Part shown: piece after piece, positions 27,415 through 38,020 of the stretch | Layout of the letters: every line of letters begins with the position of its first letter | How positions within the stretch are numbered: the stretch's first letter is position 1 | Source of the DNA: a virus | Taxonomy: Duplodnaviria; Caudoviricetes | DNA length: 42,907 nucleotides | Direction: 5' to 3' (one strand) | Virus record (IMG/VR): IMGVR_UViG_3300020403_000024 | Location: 1-42,907 of that record | Notes under the pieces: model-generated | What the model saw: the letters and a program-made list of their open reading frames with translations, nothing else | Database searches by the model: none | What the model was told of the DNA's origin: nothing | Made by a program: the position numbers and the translations under genes

Positions 27415-30400
27415 ATGGGGCAGATAGTTACAAGCGGTGACCTTGGGCAACCTGATTTGCCCGATAGTTATGTTGACCGCGCTGACATTGTCCGTCACCA
27501 GCTTGCTTATGGTGGCGACGAAAAGATGGCGCAGCCGGGCGCAAGAGACTTAGGTTTCTTTAGTACGGCTTACGAAATGTACATGCAAGAGACACTCGTT
27601 GGCGACATGCTACGTTATGGCATCGTACCCACAGACAGAAGTTACTCTAACTATAAGTATGATCCACAGTCTGGTTTTAATCCATACAAGTACTTTCTGG
27701 ATAACCAAGACACCTTACAGGACGCTGAAGAGTGGATTAGGTCATACCTGTTTGACGACGTTTACGATGAGCAACAATTCAAAGACCGCGTCGAAAGATT
27801 GCGTAAAGCGGCGGCGCACAGAGCCGAACTAGCAAATGGTAATGTTGCCGGTATGATTGTCGGCGGTATCGCTGGTTTTGCTGATATCACTACGTTGATT
27901 CCCGGGGTGAATGTTGCCAAGAAAGCGGGTACTGCGTGGAAGATTGGTAAGTGGGCGCTAGCCGGTGCTTACTATTCTGGTATACAAGAGGGCGCATTAC
28001 ATATGCGTCAAGAACTGCGAACCGTAGATGAGAGTATTTACAATATTATTGGTGGCACAGTTATCGGCGGGGGCTTCGGTGTATTTGGTCGAGCAATCGA
28101 TCCAGAGTCACCGTTGTACTACAAAGGCGCAACAAACCCACTAAAACCAGAGAACCCTGTCATGATGGGCTTTGGTCGAATTGGGTCAGGTATGAAGAAT
28201 AATGTCATACTTAAACCTGTGTTCAAAGCTGGTCAGAATAAATGGGAAGTACTGTCAGAAACCGACGTGGCTAAATCAGCCGGTGCGATGGCAGCGGAAA
28301 CTTCTAGGCTTATGAAGACCGGTGCAGTTACAGCGCAAGGCGCACTTCGAGTACCAGTAAAGGCTATTGGTAAAGCTGGTGAGTTTGCGTTGAAAAAAAC
28401 ACTAGGTAAAGCAATCCCAGCGGTTCGCGGTCTGACACAAGAGTCAGCCGTTGGACGTACTGCAACCGAAAAGCTGTTTAACATTGGCGGTATGCTTACA
28501 CATGGTCATACACAAGGACGATACGTTGAGAACGTAGAAGACTTAACTACTGTATACATGGCTAAGTATGAGATGGATGTGTTGCCACAAGCCCGGGAAG
28601 AGTACACCGGACTTCGCACAGATCTTGCGGCAATGGAAGGTAGTTCATATAACCCAGCGCTAGCGGGAGCTGCCGAAATGGGTAGTCGCTTGAAGCAGTT
28701 TGGGAAAGACATTGTAGCCGGTCGTTCTAAGACACCGCGAGAGCGTAACTTAAATGACCGTGGCAAACTAGAAGAGTGGGAGTTTCACGACCTTACACAG
28801 AAAGCAACCCACGACGACATCACACCAGAGGAGATGGCAAATCTGGTTGCGCGTTTTGGTGAAGAAGGTAAAGACGCAATTATTGATGCGGCCTACAGAC
28901 AAGCCAAACGTATTCACCAAATGAACAAAGAACTGGCTGAAGAAATGAAAGCAGCCGGTATGGAGTTTGAAGACTTAGGTGATGCATACGCTCACGCTCA
29001 ACTTTGGAATCCAGCTGCAATAAGAGGAAACCCGGCTGAAGCAAGACGGTTCTTTCTAGAATTATTTGGTGGCAAACCCAGCGACGAGTTTTTAGATGAG
29101 TGGGGTTTAAACCAAGCACAATTCGAAAAACTAGGCGTAGAAGATGTGACCGTAAACGGCACAAAGTTGAAGCCAGAAGAAGGTCTAACTCAAAAGGTAG
29201 AAATACTAGAGGAGTGGACGGCTGGTAATAAACGTGCCGAAGAAGCTGCGATGGAGATAGAAGTCAAACTCGCAGAGATGGACGCAAAGAAAGCACAAAC
29301 GGATGCGACAATAGCCGGTCGTGCGTTCCGGACATCATGGACACAGATTAAGAATGCCAGCCTAGATGAACTAAAGAAACTGCTAAAGTATCGTCAAGGG
29401 CTTCGTGACAGGCAAAAAGCTGAGACTGATAAACTTCGCGCCGAACGTAAGAAAACGGCTGAAGAGTTGAAGCTAGCTGAAGCAGAAATGCTTGAGCGTA
29501 TGAACCAGTTTCATGATGTTTCTGCTAGGACATCAACGCTACGTCGTAGACGTGGTAACGAGGTCAAAGAAGCTGAAGCCTTAAATAAGATGGTCGAAAA
29601 AGAAGGTGTCGAGGCTAGTAAAGCTGACATCAACTTTGCGCGTGAGAACCTTGTCAAAGCTGACAATGAACTTGAAAGATCACAAGGCGATGCTCTTAAC
29701 GAAGCTGTAAAACGTGCGGAAACTAAGCCGGTATCAAACAGACGTATAGCTACACTGCAAGAGCGCATCAGACAGCTTGATATGCGTATCAAGATGAAGA
29801 CAGATGCCATGCGTGGGCTTGACGAAAGATTGATGGCGTTTGGTGAAGTAGTAACTGAAGCATCAGCAAAGAAACAACGTTTTGTTAATTTGCAGAAGAT
29901 GCAACGCAAGATGGCTAAAGAGACTGCAAAGACAGCTAAGAAAGCTAAGAAGACAGTCGGTAAGCTGAAACGCAAACAGCGTAAAGTAGAGTCTGGTGTT
30001 CCATTACATATGTATGTTGAAGATCTGGTTCAACAACTAGGTAACAATCAACGTGATCCATTTGGTGGTTTTGAATCAGAACTAATTATAGCTGAAAGTG
30101 GTCGTACTAAACGTCGTCATATTAGAATGACTAATGCACAACGACGCGAGGCTGAAAGGTTTGGGTTTGTGCGTAACGACCTGTACGGAATACTAGGTAA
30201 GCAAGTTTCTGACATCGCACCGCGTATTGCTATGCGTAAGATATTTGGTGGCACTACTGAGCAAGGTATTGTCAGGCAATTGCAGAAAGACATAAGACAA
30301 GACTATGATTCACTGATTGATCAGGCGCGTAGGGCTGGTAAAAATCGCCGGGTTGCTAAGTTAGAAAAGCAACAAGAAACGGCTATCAAAGATGTGGAAA

Positions 30401-31674
30401 ACGCAGTCTTACGTCACTTAGGTGTATTAGGTTTGCCAAAAGATGGTGAGTCAATGTTAGGCTGGGCGGGTCTTATGGCACGTCAGGTCAACTATGTTCG
30501 CTATGGTTCTGGCTTCTTAATCCCATCACTAGCCGATTTGTCTAACGTGGTGTTTACATCTGGTTGGGGTACGTTCTCATACAGGAACTTACGCCGATTG
30601 AATGCGACGTTTAACAACATGAGTAACCGTGAGATTCGTCTTATGGCGCTTATGTCAGAACGTATCTTGCACCAAAGTCGTACTATGAAGATGAACCAAG
30701 CTGAGACTATGCAATTCCAGCATGGCATCGGCGCGCATGGGTCACGTCTGCACTACACGACTAGTACGTTTGAACGTGCGATGGGTGGACTATCTGAAGC
30801 GACGAACGTGGCATCCGGAATGGCATGGTGGAACACAAGAATGAAAGCGCTGGCAATGGTGCAAATGCAAGATACATTTGTACGACACGCAATGCGTTGG
30901 GATGAGATTTTATCGTCGGCTTCTGCCAAAGACCAACAAATTGTCGCTGAGATGGCTAGCCTTGGATTAGGCAAAGACCAGATGCGTGGCGTTGTGAAAA
31001 TGATGCAAAAACACGCAGCTGAACTGGATGATGGCATCTACGAACTAAATATGGGTAGATGGTTAAATGAAGGTAAAGCTGGTCAGGATGCTTATGAGGC
31101 TGTAAATATTGCGCTGAACTCAGTTGCAACCAGAGCAATCATGACTCCCGGGAAGGGCGATACGCCGTTCTTGATGTCAGATAATATCTGGAAAACCATC
31201 TTACAGTTCCAGACATATGGTTTCGTATCACTTAATAAATACATGTTACCAGCGTTTCAACGCATGGCAAAGTATGGTGATTTGGAAGCATTCTCATCGC
31301 TCATGCTAGCAACCGCACTTGGTTACGGCATTGTTGCAGCAACAGACATTAAACGGTCAGGATCAGTAAAAGAGCGTGGATTAGCACAATGGGGTTATGA
31401 CGTTGTGGATCGCGCTGGGTTCTTGATGTTCTTGTCTACACCACTTGCTGAAGCCTCAAAGCAATTCGGGGCTGGTGACGTGTCTAGATACTCTATGGAG
31501 AAGAATAGACTGTCACTTATCGGTGGACCGACAGGTGGTCTTATAAACGACGCGTTTGACTTCGGGGCTGCCGTTAGAGATGGCGACGGTGATCGAATGC
31601 TACAAGTCGGAAATAAACTGCTGCCGTTCAAGTTATATAAACAAATGGCTGACGTAGCATTAGGAAACTATTAA
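27415..31674 (+). CDS. large internal virion protein (gp16-like)
   Basis: 1419 aa; P.KGDTP...ILQFQTY, LIGGPTGG and C-terminal LLPF motifs; central coiled coil; synteny. Confidence 0.8.
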   Translation: MGQIVTSGDLGQPDLPDSYVDRADIVRHQLAYGGDEKMAQPGARDLGFFSTAYEMYMQETLVGDMLRYGIVPTDRSYSNYKYDPQSGFNPYKYFLDNQDTLQDAEEWIRSYLFDDVYDEQQFKDRVERLRKAAAHRAELANGNVAGMIVGGIAGFADITTLIPGVNVAKKAGTAWKIGKWALAGAYYSGIQEGALHMRQELRTVDESIYNIIGGTVIGGGFGVFGRAIDPESPLYYKGATNPLKPENPVMMGFGRIGSGMKNNVILKPVFKAGQNKWEVLSETDVAKSAGAMAAETSRLMKTGAVTAQGALRVPVKAIGKAGEFALKKTLGKAIPAVRGLTQESAVGRTATEKLFNIGGMLTHGHTQGRYVENVEDLTTVYMAKYEMDVLPQAREEYTGLRTDLAAMEGSSYNPALAGAAEMGSRLKQFGKDIVAGRSKTPRERNLNDRGKLEEWEFHDLTQKATHDDITPEEMANLVARFGEEGKDAIIDAAYRQAKRIHQMNKELAEEMKAAGMEFEDLGDAYAHAQLWNPAAIRGNPAEARRFFLELFGGKPSDEFLDEWGLNQAQFEKLGVEDVTVNGTKLKPEEGLTQKVEILEEWTAGNKRAEEAAMEIEVKLAEMDAKKAQTDATIAGRAFRTSWTQIKNASLDELKKLLKYRQGLRDRQKAETDKLRAERKKTAEELKLAEAEMLERMNQFHDVSARTSTLRRRRGNEVKEAEALNKMVEKEGVEASKADINFARENLVKADNELERSQGDALNEAVKRAETKPVSNRRIATLQERIRQLDMRIKMKTDAMRGLDERLMAFGEVVTEASAKKQRFVNLQKMQRKMAKETAKTAKKAKKTVGKLKRKQRKVESGVPLHMYVEDLVQQLGNNQRDPFGGFESELIIAESGRTKRRHIRMTNAQRREAERFGFVRNDLYGILGKQVSDIAPRIAMRKIFGGTTEQGIVRQLQKDIRQDYDSLIDQARRAGKNRRVAKLEKQQETAIKDVENAVLRHLGVLGLPKDGESMLGWAGLMARQVNYVRYGSGFLIPSLADLSNVVFTSGWGTFSYRNLRRLNATFNNMSNREIRLMALMSERILHQSRTMKMNQAETMQFQHGIGAHGSRLHYTTSTFERAMGGLSEATNVASGMAWWNTRMKALAMVQMQDTFVRHAMRWDEILSSASAKDQQIVAEMASLGLGKDQMRGVVKMMQKHAAELDDGIYELNMGRWLNEGKAGQDAYEAVNIALNSVATRAIMTPGKGDTPFLMSDNIWKTILQFQTYGFVSLNKYMLPAFQRMAKYGDLEAFSSLMLATALGYGIVAATDIKRSGSVKERGLAQWGYDVVDRAGFLMFLSTPLAEASKQFGAGDVSRYSMEKNRLSLIGGPTGGLINDAFDFGAAVRDGDGDRMLQVGNKLLPFKLYKQMADVALGNY

Positions 31675-31676
31675 CA

Positions 31677-31705
31677 GTGGGGGCTTTGCGCCCCCGCACA
31701 CTTTT
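31677..31705 (+). terminator. GC-rich hairpin, possible weak terminator
   Basis: GTGGGGGC-TTTGC-GCCCCCGC, then ACACTTTT. Confidence 0.5.
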
Positions 31706-31717
31706 GGAGATTTTTAC

Positions 31718-32599
31718 ATGGCATTTGCTAGAACAGTGTATGAGGTAGACAATCCGGCTGGTGAAGCCCAGTTCGATGTCACATTCCCATACCTTCAAAA
31801 ATCTCATGTGAAGGTGCAAGTAAACGGAACATATACGACAGACTATAACTGGATTACTGATGGTCGTATTGAGTTAATCACCGCAGCGCCAGATGATGCT
31901 ATCGTCACCATCACAAGAGAGACATCACCATCAGCGCGTCTGGTGGACTATCAGACAGGCTCAGTTCTGTCAGAAGAAATCCTCGACACCGATAGTTTAC
32001 AGGGCTTTTACTTGGCTCAAGAAGCTAACGACGTTAAGGAACTTACACTCGCCAAGAACGCCCAGGACCAGTGGGAAGGGGGCAACAGGCGAATCACAAA
32101 CGTAGCTGACCCAATCGACAACAACGACGCGGTAAACAAAGGGTTTATCTCAACAAGTTTGCCAGCGATTAACAACGTAAACGCTAGCCTTACTCAGATT
32201 AACGCAGTAGGAAACGCGATTAGTGACATTAGTCAGGTTGCCGGTACACTTGATGCGATTGAAGAGATTGCCGAAGGTGACACAGCTACAAACATTAACG
32301 GTTTCAATAACTATTACAAACATGGAACAACAGCGCCAGACCAACTGGAAGGGCGTATGTGGTTCGATACACAAACAGATACACTAAAGATTAGTGACGG
32401 ATCTGTGTTTCAGCCGTACAACACCAGCGTACAAACTGAATTCCAAGGTCTGAAGGTCACTAGCGACGGTGTTCTTCAATGGACACACGGTACTGCTAAC
32501 AACACTTTTGAAACTGAAAACTATGAAGAATGGTTCTTTGCGCTGTCAGATATAGAAATTCTAATTGACACTGACGGTCATTTGAAAGTGAGGTACTAA
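31718..32599 (+). CDS. tail fibre anchor/adaptor (T7 gp17 N-terminal domain)
   Basis: FDVTFPYLQKSHVKV, RLVDYQTGSVL.E..LD, RRITNVADP...DAVNK; too short for its own large receptor domain. Confidence 0.88.
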   Translation: MAFARTVYEVDNPAGEAQFDVTFPYLQKSHVKVQVNGTYTTDYNWITDGRIELITAAPDDAIVTITRETSPSARLVDYQTGSVLSEEILDTDSLQGFYLAQEANDVKELTLAKNAQDQWEGGNRRITNVADPIDNNDAVNKGFISTSLPAINNVNASLTQINAVGNAISDISQVAGTLDAIEEIAEGDTATNINGFNNYYKHGTTAPDQLEGRMWFDTQTDTLKISDGSVFQPYNTSVQTEFQGLKVTSDGVLQWTHGTANNTFETENYEEWFFALSDIEILIDTDGHLKVRY

Positions 32600-33421
32600 A
32601 TGTTTGAAGTAGATTTAGGAAAGATTAAATTCAACTGGAAGGGAACATATGTAAACACCGATTCATATGAGCCCGACGATGTTGTCTATTATTCTGGTAC
32701 GACATTTATCTGTGTAAACAACGTTACAGGTGTTGCTCCAACAACCTCGCCAAATCCATTCTGGAATACGATGGCGCTTGGGTCTGACTTAGGCTCAGTT
32801 GCAGCTAACGCGGGTGACTTGTTTTACTATGATGGATCATCGTTTCAAAACTTAGGGGCTGGTTCACAAGGTCAAGTACTGGTCCAGGGTGGACTAAATA
32901 CACCACAATGGCAGACAATTGATAGCCTTGTTCCCACAATGCAAGTACGCGCATATACTGATTATGTTCGTGTGGCAGTTAGCAACGGTAATCCATATTA
33001 CTTTGGGCAAAGTGCAACTGGGTGTACTATCACACCTCGTAAATACAACAGCGTAATGCAAGTGCATATTGAGTTGTTTAGTGAGCCAAGTACACACAAC
33101 CAAGGTTATACGGTTCAATTCTCAACTGACAATGGTGCGAATTGGACAAATTTGCGTAGAAGTATTTACAACCAACCAAGACATGGGCAGTTCAATGCGT
33201 ATGAAACAGATTACTCATCCACGCCCGGACACTCTAGTGTTTGCTTATATCAAGCGTTCTCAACACTAAATCCTATATTATTTAGGATTGTAACAAGCGG
33301 CGGTGGCACAACAGTGGTCAACGGCTCTTACTCAAGTTCATATGAGAATGCTCAATCAACTATCACAATAACGGAACTTAACGCTGACTATGCGTCAGTA
33401 ACTTATAATGGAGGCACATAA
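32600..33421 (+). CDS. tail fibre / receptor-binding protein 1
   Basis: DLGKIKFNWKG...Y..DDVVYY N-terminal module, GDL...GQVL linker, beta-rich C-terminus. Confidence 0.75.
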   Translation: MFEVDLGKIKFNWKGTYVNTDSYEPDDVVYYSGTTFICVNNVTGVAPTTSPNPFWNTMALGSDLGSVAANAGDLFYYDGSSFQNLGAGSQGQVLVQGGLNTPQWQTIDSLVPTMQVRAYTDYVRVAVSNGNPYYFGQSATGCTITPRKYNSVMQVHIELFSEPSTHNQGYTVQFSTDNGANWTNLRRSIYNQPRHGQFNAYETDYSSTPGHSSVCLYQAFSTLNPILFRIVTSGGGTTVVNGSYSSSYENAQSTITITELNADYASVTYNGGT

Positions 33422-35457
33422 TGGCGGTCGTTGATCTTGGCAAATTGCGCTTCGATTATAAGGGTGATTTCAGTGAAAACGTAAATTACGAAGCTAGAGA
33501 TATCGTTAGATATCAGGGCGACATCTATTACTTTAATACTGACCACGCAGCAGGTTCTTGGAATGCGTCTGAAGCAGACGTCATGCTTACTGGTATTGAT
33601 GTCATTAGCACTCAAGGTGACCTGATTACTGGTGATGCTAGTGGGAATAACACTAGGTTAGCGGTAGACTACAACTTTGCTGGCGACTCTGGTTCAACAA
33701 GAGCCGGTTCAAAACTGTTAGCAAGTACTAGCAGTGTGCCACTACCGACATCGGTTACTAAGTATCTGACAGTAAGTAACGGTGGGCTTTACTTTGACGG
33801 TACAGCAACCACTTCGACTACTTACGCAGTAACAGTCGCACAAGACGCTGGAACTAATAAGTTTCATTTAGATGGTGTAGTTGCTCCGGCAATCACACTG
33901 ACAAGAGGTCACACTTACATCTTCGACGTATCCGACGCATCGAACAGTGGTCACCCTTTGAGATTCAAAGTGGATGGCGCTGGTGGAGCATCGTATACAT
34001 TAGGTGTAACTACCAGTGGAACTGAAGGTACGGCTAACGCTTCGGTAACATTTGTTGTTCCCGGGAGTGCGCCAGACGCCTTGAGATACTACTGTACAGT
34101 ACACGGCGATGCGATGGGCAACGCTTTGACTATACAGGGCGGGGCTAGCTTAACGACAAGTTACACGCCAAATGAGTATGACACCGCAATCTTTGATACG
34201 GCAGACTCATCGTTTACAGGACACATCGGAATACTCAGTACGTTAGCTAACGGTATTCATGGCGGTCAGGATAACACACACGTTTCGTCTGTAACTGACA
34301 ACAATGGTAATACCTATTTGCAAGTTACTTCAGTAAATCTGGATAACACGAACGGTGGTCAGCCTGTGACAACACAGAGAGCGCTGTATTCGTATGTAAA
34401 CGACAGTGGGTTTACACCAACCTACACCGGCACAAGCTATCCGTATGTACATGTGATTGGCACGTTGTCTAAGGACGCAAGTGTAACTGCAACGATTACG
34501 CAAAACACTTTGTCTGACGGTAAAGAGATATTGCTGGTTAATGGTCGTCCGGCTTATCAACACACAAGCGATACCTTTGCTACCGTATCTGGATTAGTAG
34601 GTGGGTCGTGGCTGGCGTTTGATAACTCCGGTGCAACAACTAGCACCGCGTTTGGTACAGCTAGTTCGTTTAGCCATTCTTATACCACCGGAGTGACATA
34701 CAACGGTACACAGGGAACGGCTAACTCAAACATTACTTGGGTTATTCCAACCAGTGCGCCAACAGTTTACCTGTATGACCAAACTGAGACTAATCCGTTT
34801 GGTGCAGCAACTATTGATCCAGTAGCCCATCCACAGACTGCTAATCTGGCTTACGTTCACAACGGTGCTAGAGTGTTGCAACACGTTCACGTTAGAGAGA
34901 ACAATCTAATGCAATGTAATGATGGCAGCCGTCTTGCAAGTAACGTGTGGAATGACATTAGTAGGTACTACGAAAATAATAATAATTGGGTTAGTGGAGA
35001 CAGACTAAGACCACAACTCACATGCTTATCTAGTACTGGTGAGGCAAGTGGTTTCATGCATTGGATAAATATCCATGTAGGCTGGGACCCCGGCTCGTAT
35101 CACCAAGGTGGTCGAGTTGTTCGAAGATACTCATCAGACGGTGGTTCTACTTGGAGCGCTTGGGAACAAGTTATGGAAAACAGAAATCCATACTCTAACG
35201 GTGCTAGAACGGATGTAGACTTTGGTTCATATGTGTACACCACAAACGCTGCAACATATTCATATCAAGGTGAGCAAGTTCAGTTTAGCTTTTTGGATAG
35301 GCAGATTGTGAGTGGTAATGTGTATGAGTACAAACTGCAATTTAAAGGTCTAAATAGTACGCCACTTATCTATCTGAACTGGCATTCATCATACAATAAT
35401 CAAGCGTATTCCAGAACCGGTAATAGTGAGTGGAATGTTCAAGAGGTGTTACTATGA
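33421..35457 (+). CDS. tail fibre / receptor-binding protein 2 (multi-domain)
   Basis: Same N-terminal module; Thr/Ser/Gly-rich; cupredoxin-like domain HPLRF...YYCTVHGDAM. Confidence 0.75.
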   Translation: MAVVDLGKLRFDYKGDFSENVNYEARDIVRYQGDIYYFNTDHAAGSWNASEADVMLTGIDVISTQGDLITGDASGNNTRLAVDYNFAGDSGSTRAGSKLLASTSSVPLPTSVTKYLTVSNGGLYFDGTATTSTTYAVTVAQDAGTNKFHLDGVVAPAITLTRGHTYIFDVSDASNSGHPLRFKVDGAGGASYTLGVTTSGTEGTANASVTFVVPGSAPDALRYYCTVHGDAMGNALTIQGGASLTTSYTPNEYDTAIFDTADSSFTGHIGILSTLANGIHGGQDNTHVSSVTDNNGNTYLQVTSVNLDNTNGGQPVTTQRALYSYVNDSGFTPTYTGTSYPYVHVIGTLSKDASVTATITQNTLSDGKEILLVNGRPAYQHTSDTFATVSGLVGGSWLAFDNSGATTSTAFGTASSFSHSYTTGVTYNGTQGTANSNITWVIPTSAPTVYLYDQTETNPFGAATIDPVAHPQTANLAYVHNGARVLQHVHVRENNLMQCNDGSRLASNVWNDISRYYENNNNWVSGDRLRPQLTCLSSTGEASGFMHWINIHVGWDPGSYHQGGRVVRRYSSDGGSTWSAWEQVMENRNPYSNGARTDVDFGSYVYTTNAATYSYQGEQVQFSFLDRQIVSGNVYEYKLQFKGLNSTPLIYLNWHSSYNNQAYSRTGNSEWNVQEVLL

Positions 35458-36251
35458 CGCAAACTACAATAGATCTGGGTAAGATCAAATTTAACTGGAA
35501 GGGCGCTTATGACCCAGCAGTTACTTACTATAAAGACGATGTGGTTTATTATGGTGGTTCATCTCATATCGTAAAGGTGGCTAGCACAACCGGTGTTGCA
35601 CCTGTGTATCAAAATGGTGTTCATCCGGCGTGGGATCTAATGGCGCAAGGGGGTGACCCAAATTCCATTATGACCACACAAGGTGACTTATTGATCCGTG
35701 GTGCAAATGGTCTGGAAAGACTGCCAATAGGAAATGCGGATCAAACCCTTGGTGTTAGTTCTGGTGGTGAACCTGAGTGGCAAGACACATCAGCATGGCG
35801 AATGATATCTCATCAAATGACTACATACAGTGGTGGTATATCCGCAGCCCCGCACCCTAATAGGGCTTGGATACCGGGCATGTTTGCTGATTTTACACCA
35901 CAGTATTCTAACAGTAAGATTTTCATGCACGCTCAGTTTGCTCATTCCGATAGTGGTACAGGGTCTATTACACTTGCTCATGTCTACAGAGATACCAATT
36001 TAATATACTCAACCAACCTCTCAGGACACAGTTTATATGTGTCTAGATGGAATAACATGATGTATTGGTTTGACTCTTGGGGAACTACGCAATCAAGAGT
36101 TGGTGTCATGGGATCAAAGTATGGTTCTAGCTATAATATCTATTGGCACTCATCGGGATATACCGGTGCGGATGAAAGTCCATCCAATGGTTCACCACAC
36201 TCAATCGCCAGAAACGGACACTTTACAGTCCAAGAATGGCTACCAGCATAA
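35454..36251 (+). CDS. tail fibre / receptor-binding protein 3
   Basis: ATGA-coupled; DLGKIKFNWKG module; TTQGDLL...RLPIG...QTL. Confidence 0.75.
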   Translation: MTQTTIDLGKIKFNWKGAYDPAVTYYKDDVVYYGGSSHIVKVASTTGVAPVYQNGVHPAWDLMAQGGDPNSIMTTQGDLLIRGANGLERLPIGNADQTLGVSSGGEPEWQDTSAWRMISHQMTTYSGGISAAPHPNRAWIPGMFADFTPQYSNSKIFMHAQFAHSDSGTGSITLAHVYRDTNLIYSTNLSGHSLYVSRWNNMMYWFDSWGTTQSRVGVMGSKYGSSYNIYWHSSGYTGADESPSNGSPHSIARNGHFTVQEWLPA

Positions 36252-36263
36252 GGAGATAGAAAT

Positions 36264-36587
36264 ATGAGTACAGTAAGGTACGACCTAGCTATGCACAGTC
36301 TTTGTGCTGGCAAATTTTATGGGTGTAAAGACACTACATACGAGGGCATTACATGGAACGATGAAGGGTCAATGCCCACCCGCGAGGCTCTAGAAACTGA
36401 ATGGTCACGCATTCAAGTAGAATCTGAAAAAGCAGAACGTAATATGAATCGGATTGTTAGATATCCATCAACAGACGAACTGCTTGTAGCTTTGTGGGAG
36501 AAGTTAGTTGAGACAGATGGACTAACATCTGACGCAATTGCTGAAATACAAGCAAGGCGACAAGCTGTAAAGAATGAGATTCCGTAA
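36264..36587 (+). CDS. putative tail fibre assembly chaperone
   Basis: R...YPSTDELLVALW...AVKNEIP pattern after the fibre genes; AAGGAG RBS. Confidence 0.65.
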   Translation: MSTVRYDLAMHSLCAGKFYGCKDTTYEGITWNDEGSMPTREALETEWSRIQVESEKAERNMNRIVRYPSTDELLVALWEKLVETDGLTSDAIAEIQARRQAVKNEIP

Positions 36588-36763
36588 TGGAAACGCAAGC
36601 ACAGCTTGAGGCACATGAGCGGGAATGTGCCATTCGCTACCAGTATGTCCAAGAGAAGTTGGAACATCTGGATAAACGTATGTGGAGACTAGAAGCAATG
36701 GTGATGGCATCGACTGTCGCCGTTGTTTCACTAGTTGGAGTGGTACTTATGAATCTAATTTAG
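36587..36763 (+). CDS. small coiled-coil plus TM protein (holin/XhlA-like; 58 aa, not in ORF track)
   Basis: METQAQLEAHERECAIRY...RLEAMVMASTVAVVSLVGVVLMNLI; TAATG coupling. Confidence 0.75.
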   Translation: METQAQLEAHERECAIRYQYVQEKLEHLDKRMWRLEAMVMASTVAVVSLVGVVLMNLI

Positions 36764-36775
36764 GGGGAATATTGA

Positions 36776-37246
36776 ATGCTTGCTGAATTGGCAGCGGCAA
36801 ACGCCGCGTATAAAATTATAGCCACAACGATCAAAAACGGTCGGGAACTGATGACAGCAAGTAAGGCAATTTCCAACTTTGTAGATGCAAAAGATTCCCT
36901 TCAATCAAAGGCTAATAAAGATAAGAACTCTTTCTGGAACAAAGCCAGAGGGATTGAGAGCAATGACTTAGAGTCCTTCCTCGCGCTAGAGGAAGTCAAT
37001 CAAAAACAAAAAGAGATTGAACAGGCGATGATTTATTATGGTCGCCCGGGATTGCATGGTGATTGGGTTCGCTTCCAAGTGGAGCGACGTAAGGCAAGAC
37101 AAAAAGCACAAGCAGACGCTCTAAAGCGTAAAAAGGAACTGATCGAATTATTGGGGCTAATTGCTGTCGGTATACTATGTGCCGCGGCCTTTGTCGCGTT
37201 TGCATACTTTGTTTGGTTCTTATACAAATCTAAACATGGGGGCTAA
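36776..37246 (+). CDS. hypothetical membrane-anchored protein
   Basis: MLAELAAANAA start, coiled coil, C-terminal TM helix. Confidence 0.75.
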   Translation: MLAELAAANAAYKIIATTIKNGRELMTASKAISNFVDAKDSLQSKANKDKNSFWNKARGIESNDLESFLALEEVNQKQKEIEQAMIYYGRPGLHGDWVRFQVERRKARQKAQADALKRKKELIELLGLIAVGILCAAAFVAFAYFVWFLYKSKHGG

Positions 37247-37247
37247 T

Positions 37248-37652
37248 ATGATAGCAGCTTTAATACCACAGTTACTTCCGCTTGTCGGACAAGTACTAGA
37301 CAGGACGATACCTGACAAAGACGCAAAAGCAAAAGCGTTACAGGACATCGAAAAGAACCTAGTGGATAACGCTACGAACATAAGCCTAGAGACAATCAAA
37401 ACAAATCAAATCGAGGCGGGTAGCCGTCATTGGTTTGTCGCATCGTGGCGTCCAGCTATCGGCTGGTCCTGCGCGTTGGGTATATTTTGGGTCTTTATCG
37501 GCTTTCCTGTCGCACAATGGGGCGTCGCGATGGCGGGATCTGAAGTAACCATGCCGGAGATAAGCACCGACATTCTTTTAGAACTAACACTTGCAATGCT
37601 TGGTATGTCAGGCTTGAGAACATTTGAAAAGCTAAAGGGGATTTCGAAATGA
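37248..37652 (+). CDS. 3TM holin (GTA-holin-like family)
   Basis: NQIEA...FVASWRPAIGW, MLGMSGLRTFEK. Confidence 0.85.
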   Translation: MIAALIPQLLPLVGQVLDRTIPDKDAKAKALQDIEKNLVDNATNISLETIKTNQIEAGSRHWFVASWRPAIGWSCALGIFWVFIGFPVAQWGVAMAGSEVTMPEISTDILLELTLAMLGMSGLRTFEKLKGISK

Positions 37653-37900
37653 CGAAACCCCGCAAAGGTAAAGCAAGAGTAAAAATAACAGCGTCCGGTA
37701 AGAAAGTATCTTACGGACAGGCTGGCAAAGCCAAAGGTGGCGGACCTCGCGTCCGTCCCGGCACAAGCAAAGGCGACGCATATTGCGCTAGGAGTATGGG
37801 TCAAATGAAGCGCAGTCCGAAAGCTGCGCGTAATCCAAACAGCCCACTAAGACTGAGCCGTAAGCGGTGGAAGTGTAGTGGCACAAAATCGAGGAGATAA
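37649..37900 (+). CDS. highly basic small protein
   Basis: K/R-rich; YCARS.G...NSPLRLSRKRWKC; ATGA coupling. Confidence 0.75.
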   Translation: MTKPRKGKARVKITASGKKVSYGQAGKAKGGGPRVRPGTSKGDAYCARSMGQMKRSPKAARNPNSPLRLSRKRWKCSGTKSRR

Positions 37901-37903
37901 TTT

Positions 37904-38020
37904 ATGCCTTATGTTAAAGGAAAGAAATACCCATACACTAAAGCTGGTAAGAGCGCCGCAAAGAAGGCCGCTAAAAAAGCTAATGCAAAGACTAAGACAG
38001 CAAAGAAGCGAGGCGCGTAA
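37904..38020 (+). CDS. highly basic 38 aa protein (not in ORF track)
   Basis: GAGGAG RBS; MPYVKGKKYPYTKAGKSAAKKAAKKANAKTKTAKKRGA. Confidence 0.75.
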   Translation: MPYVKGKKYPYTKAGKSAAKKAAKKANAKTKTAKKRGA

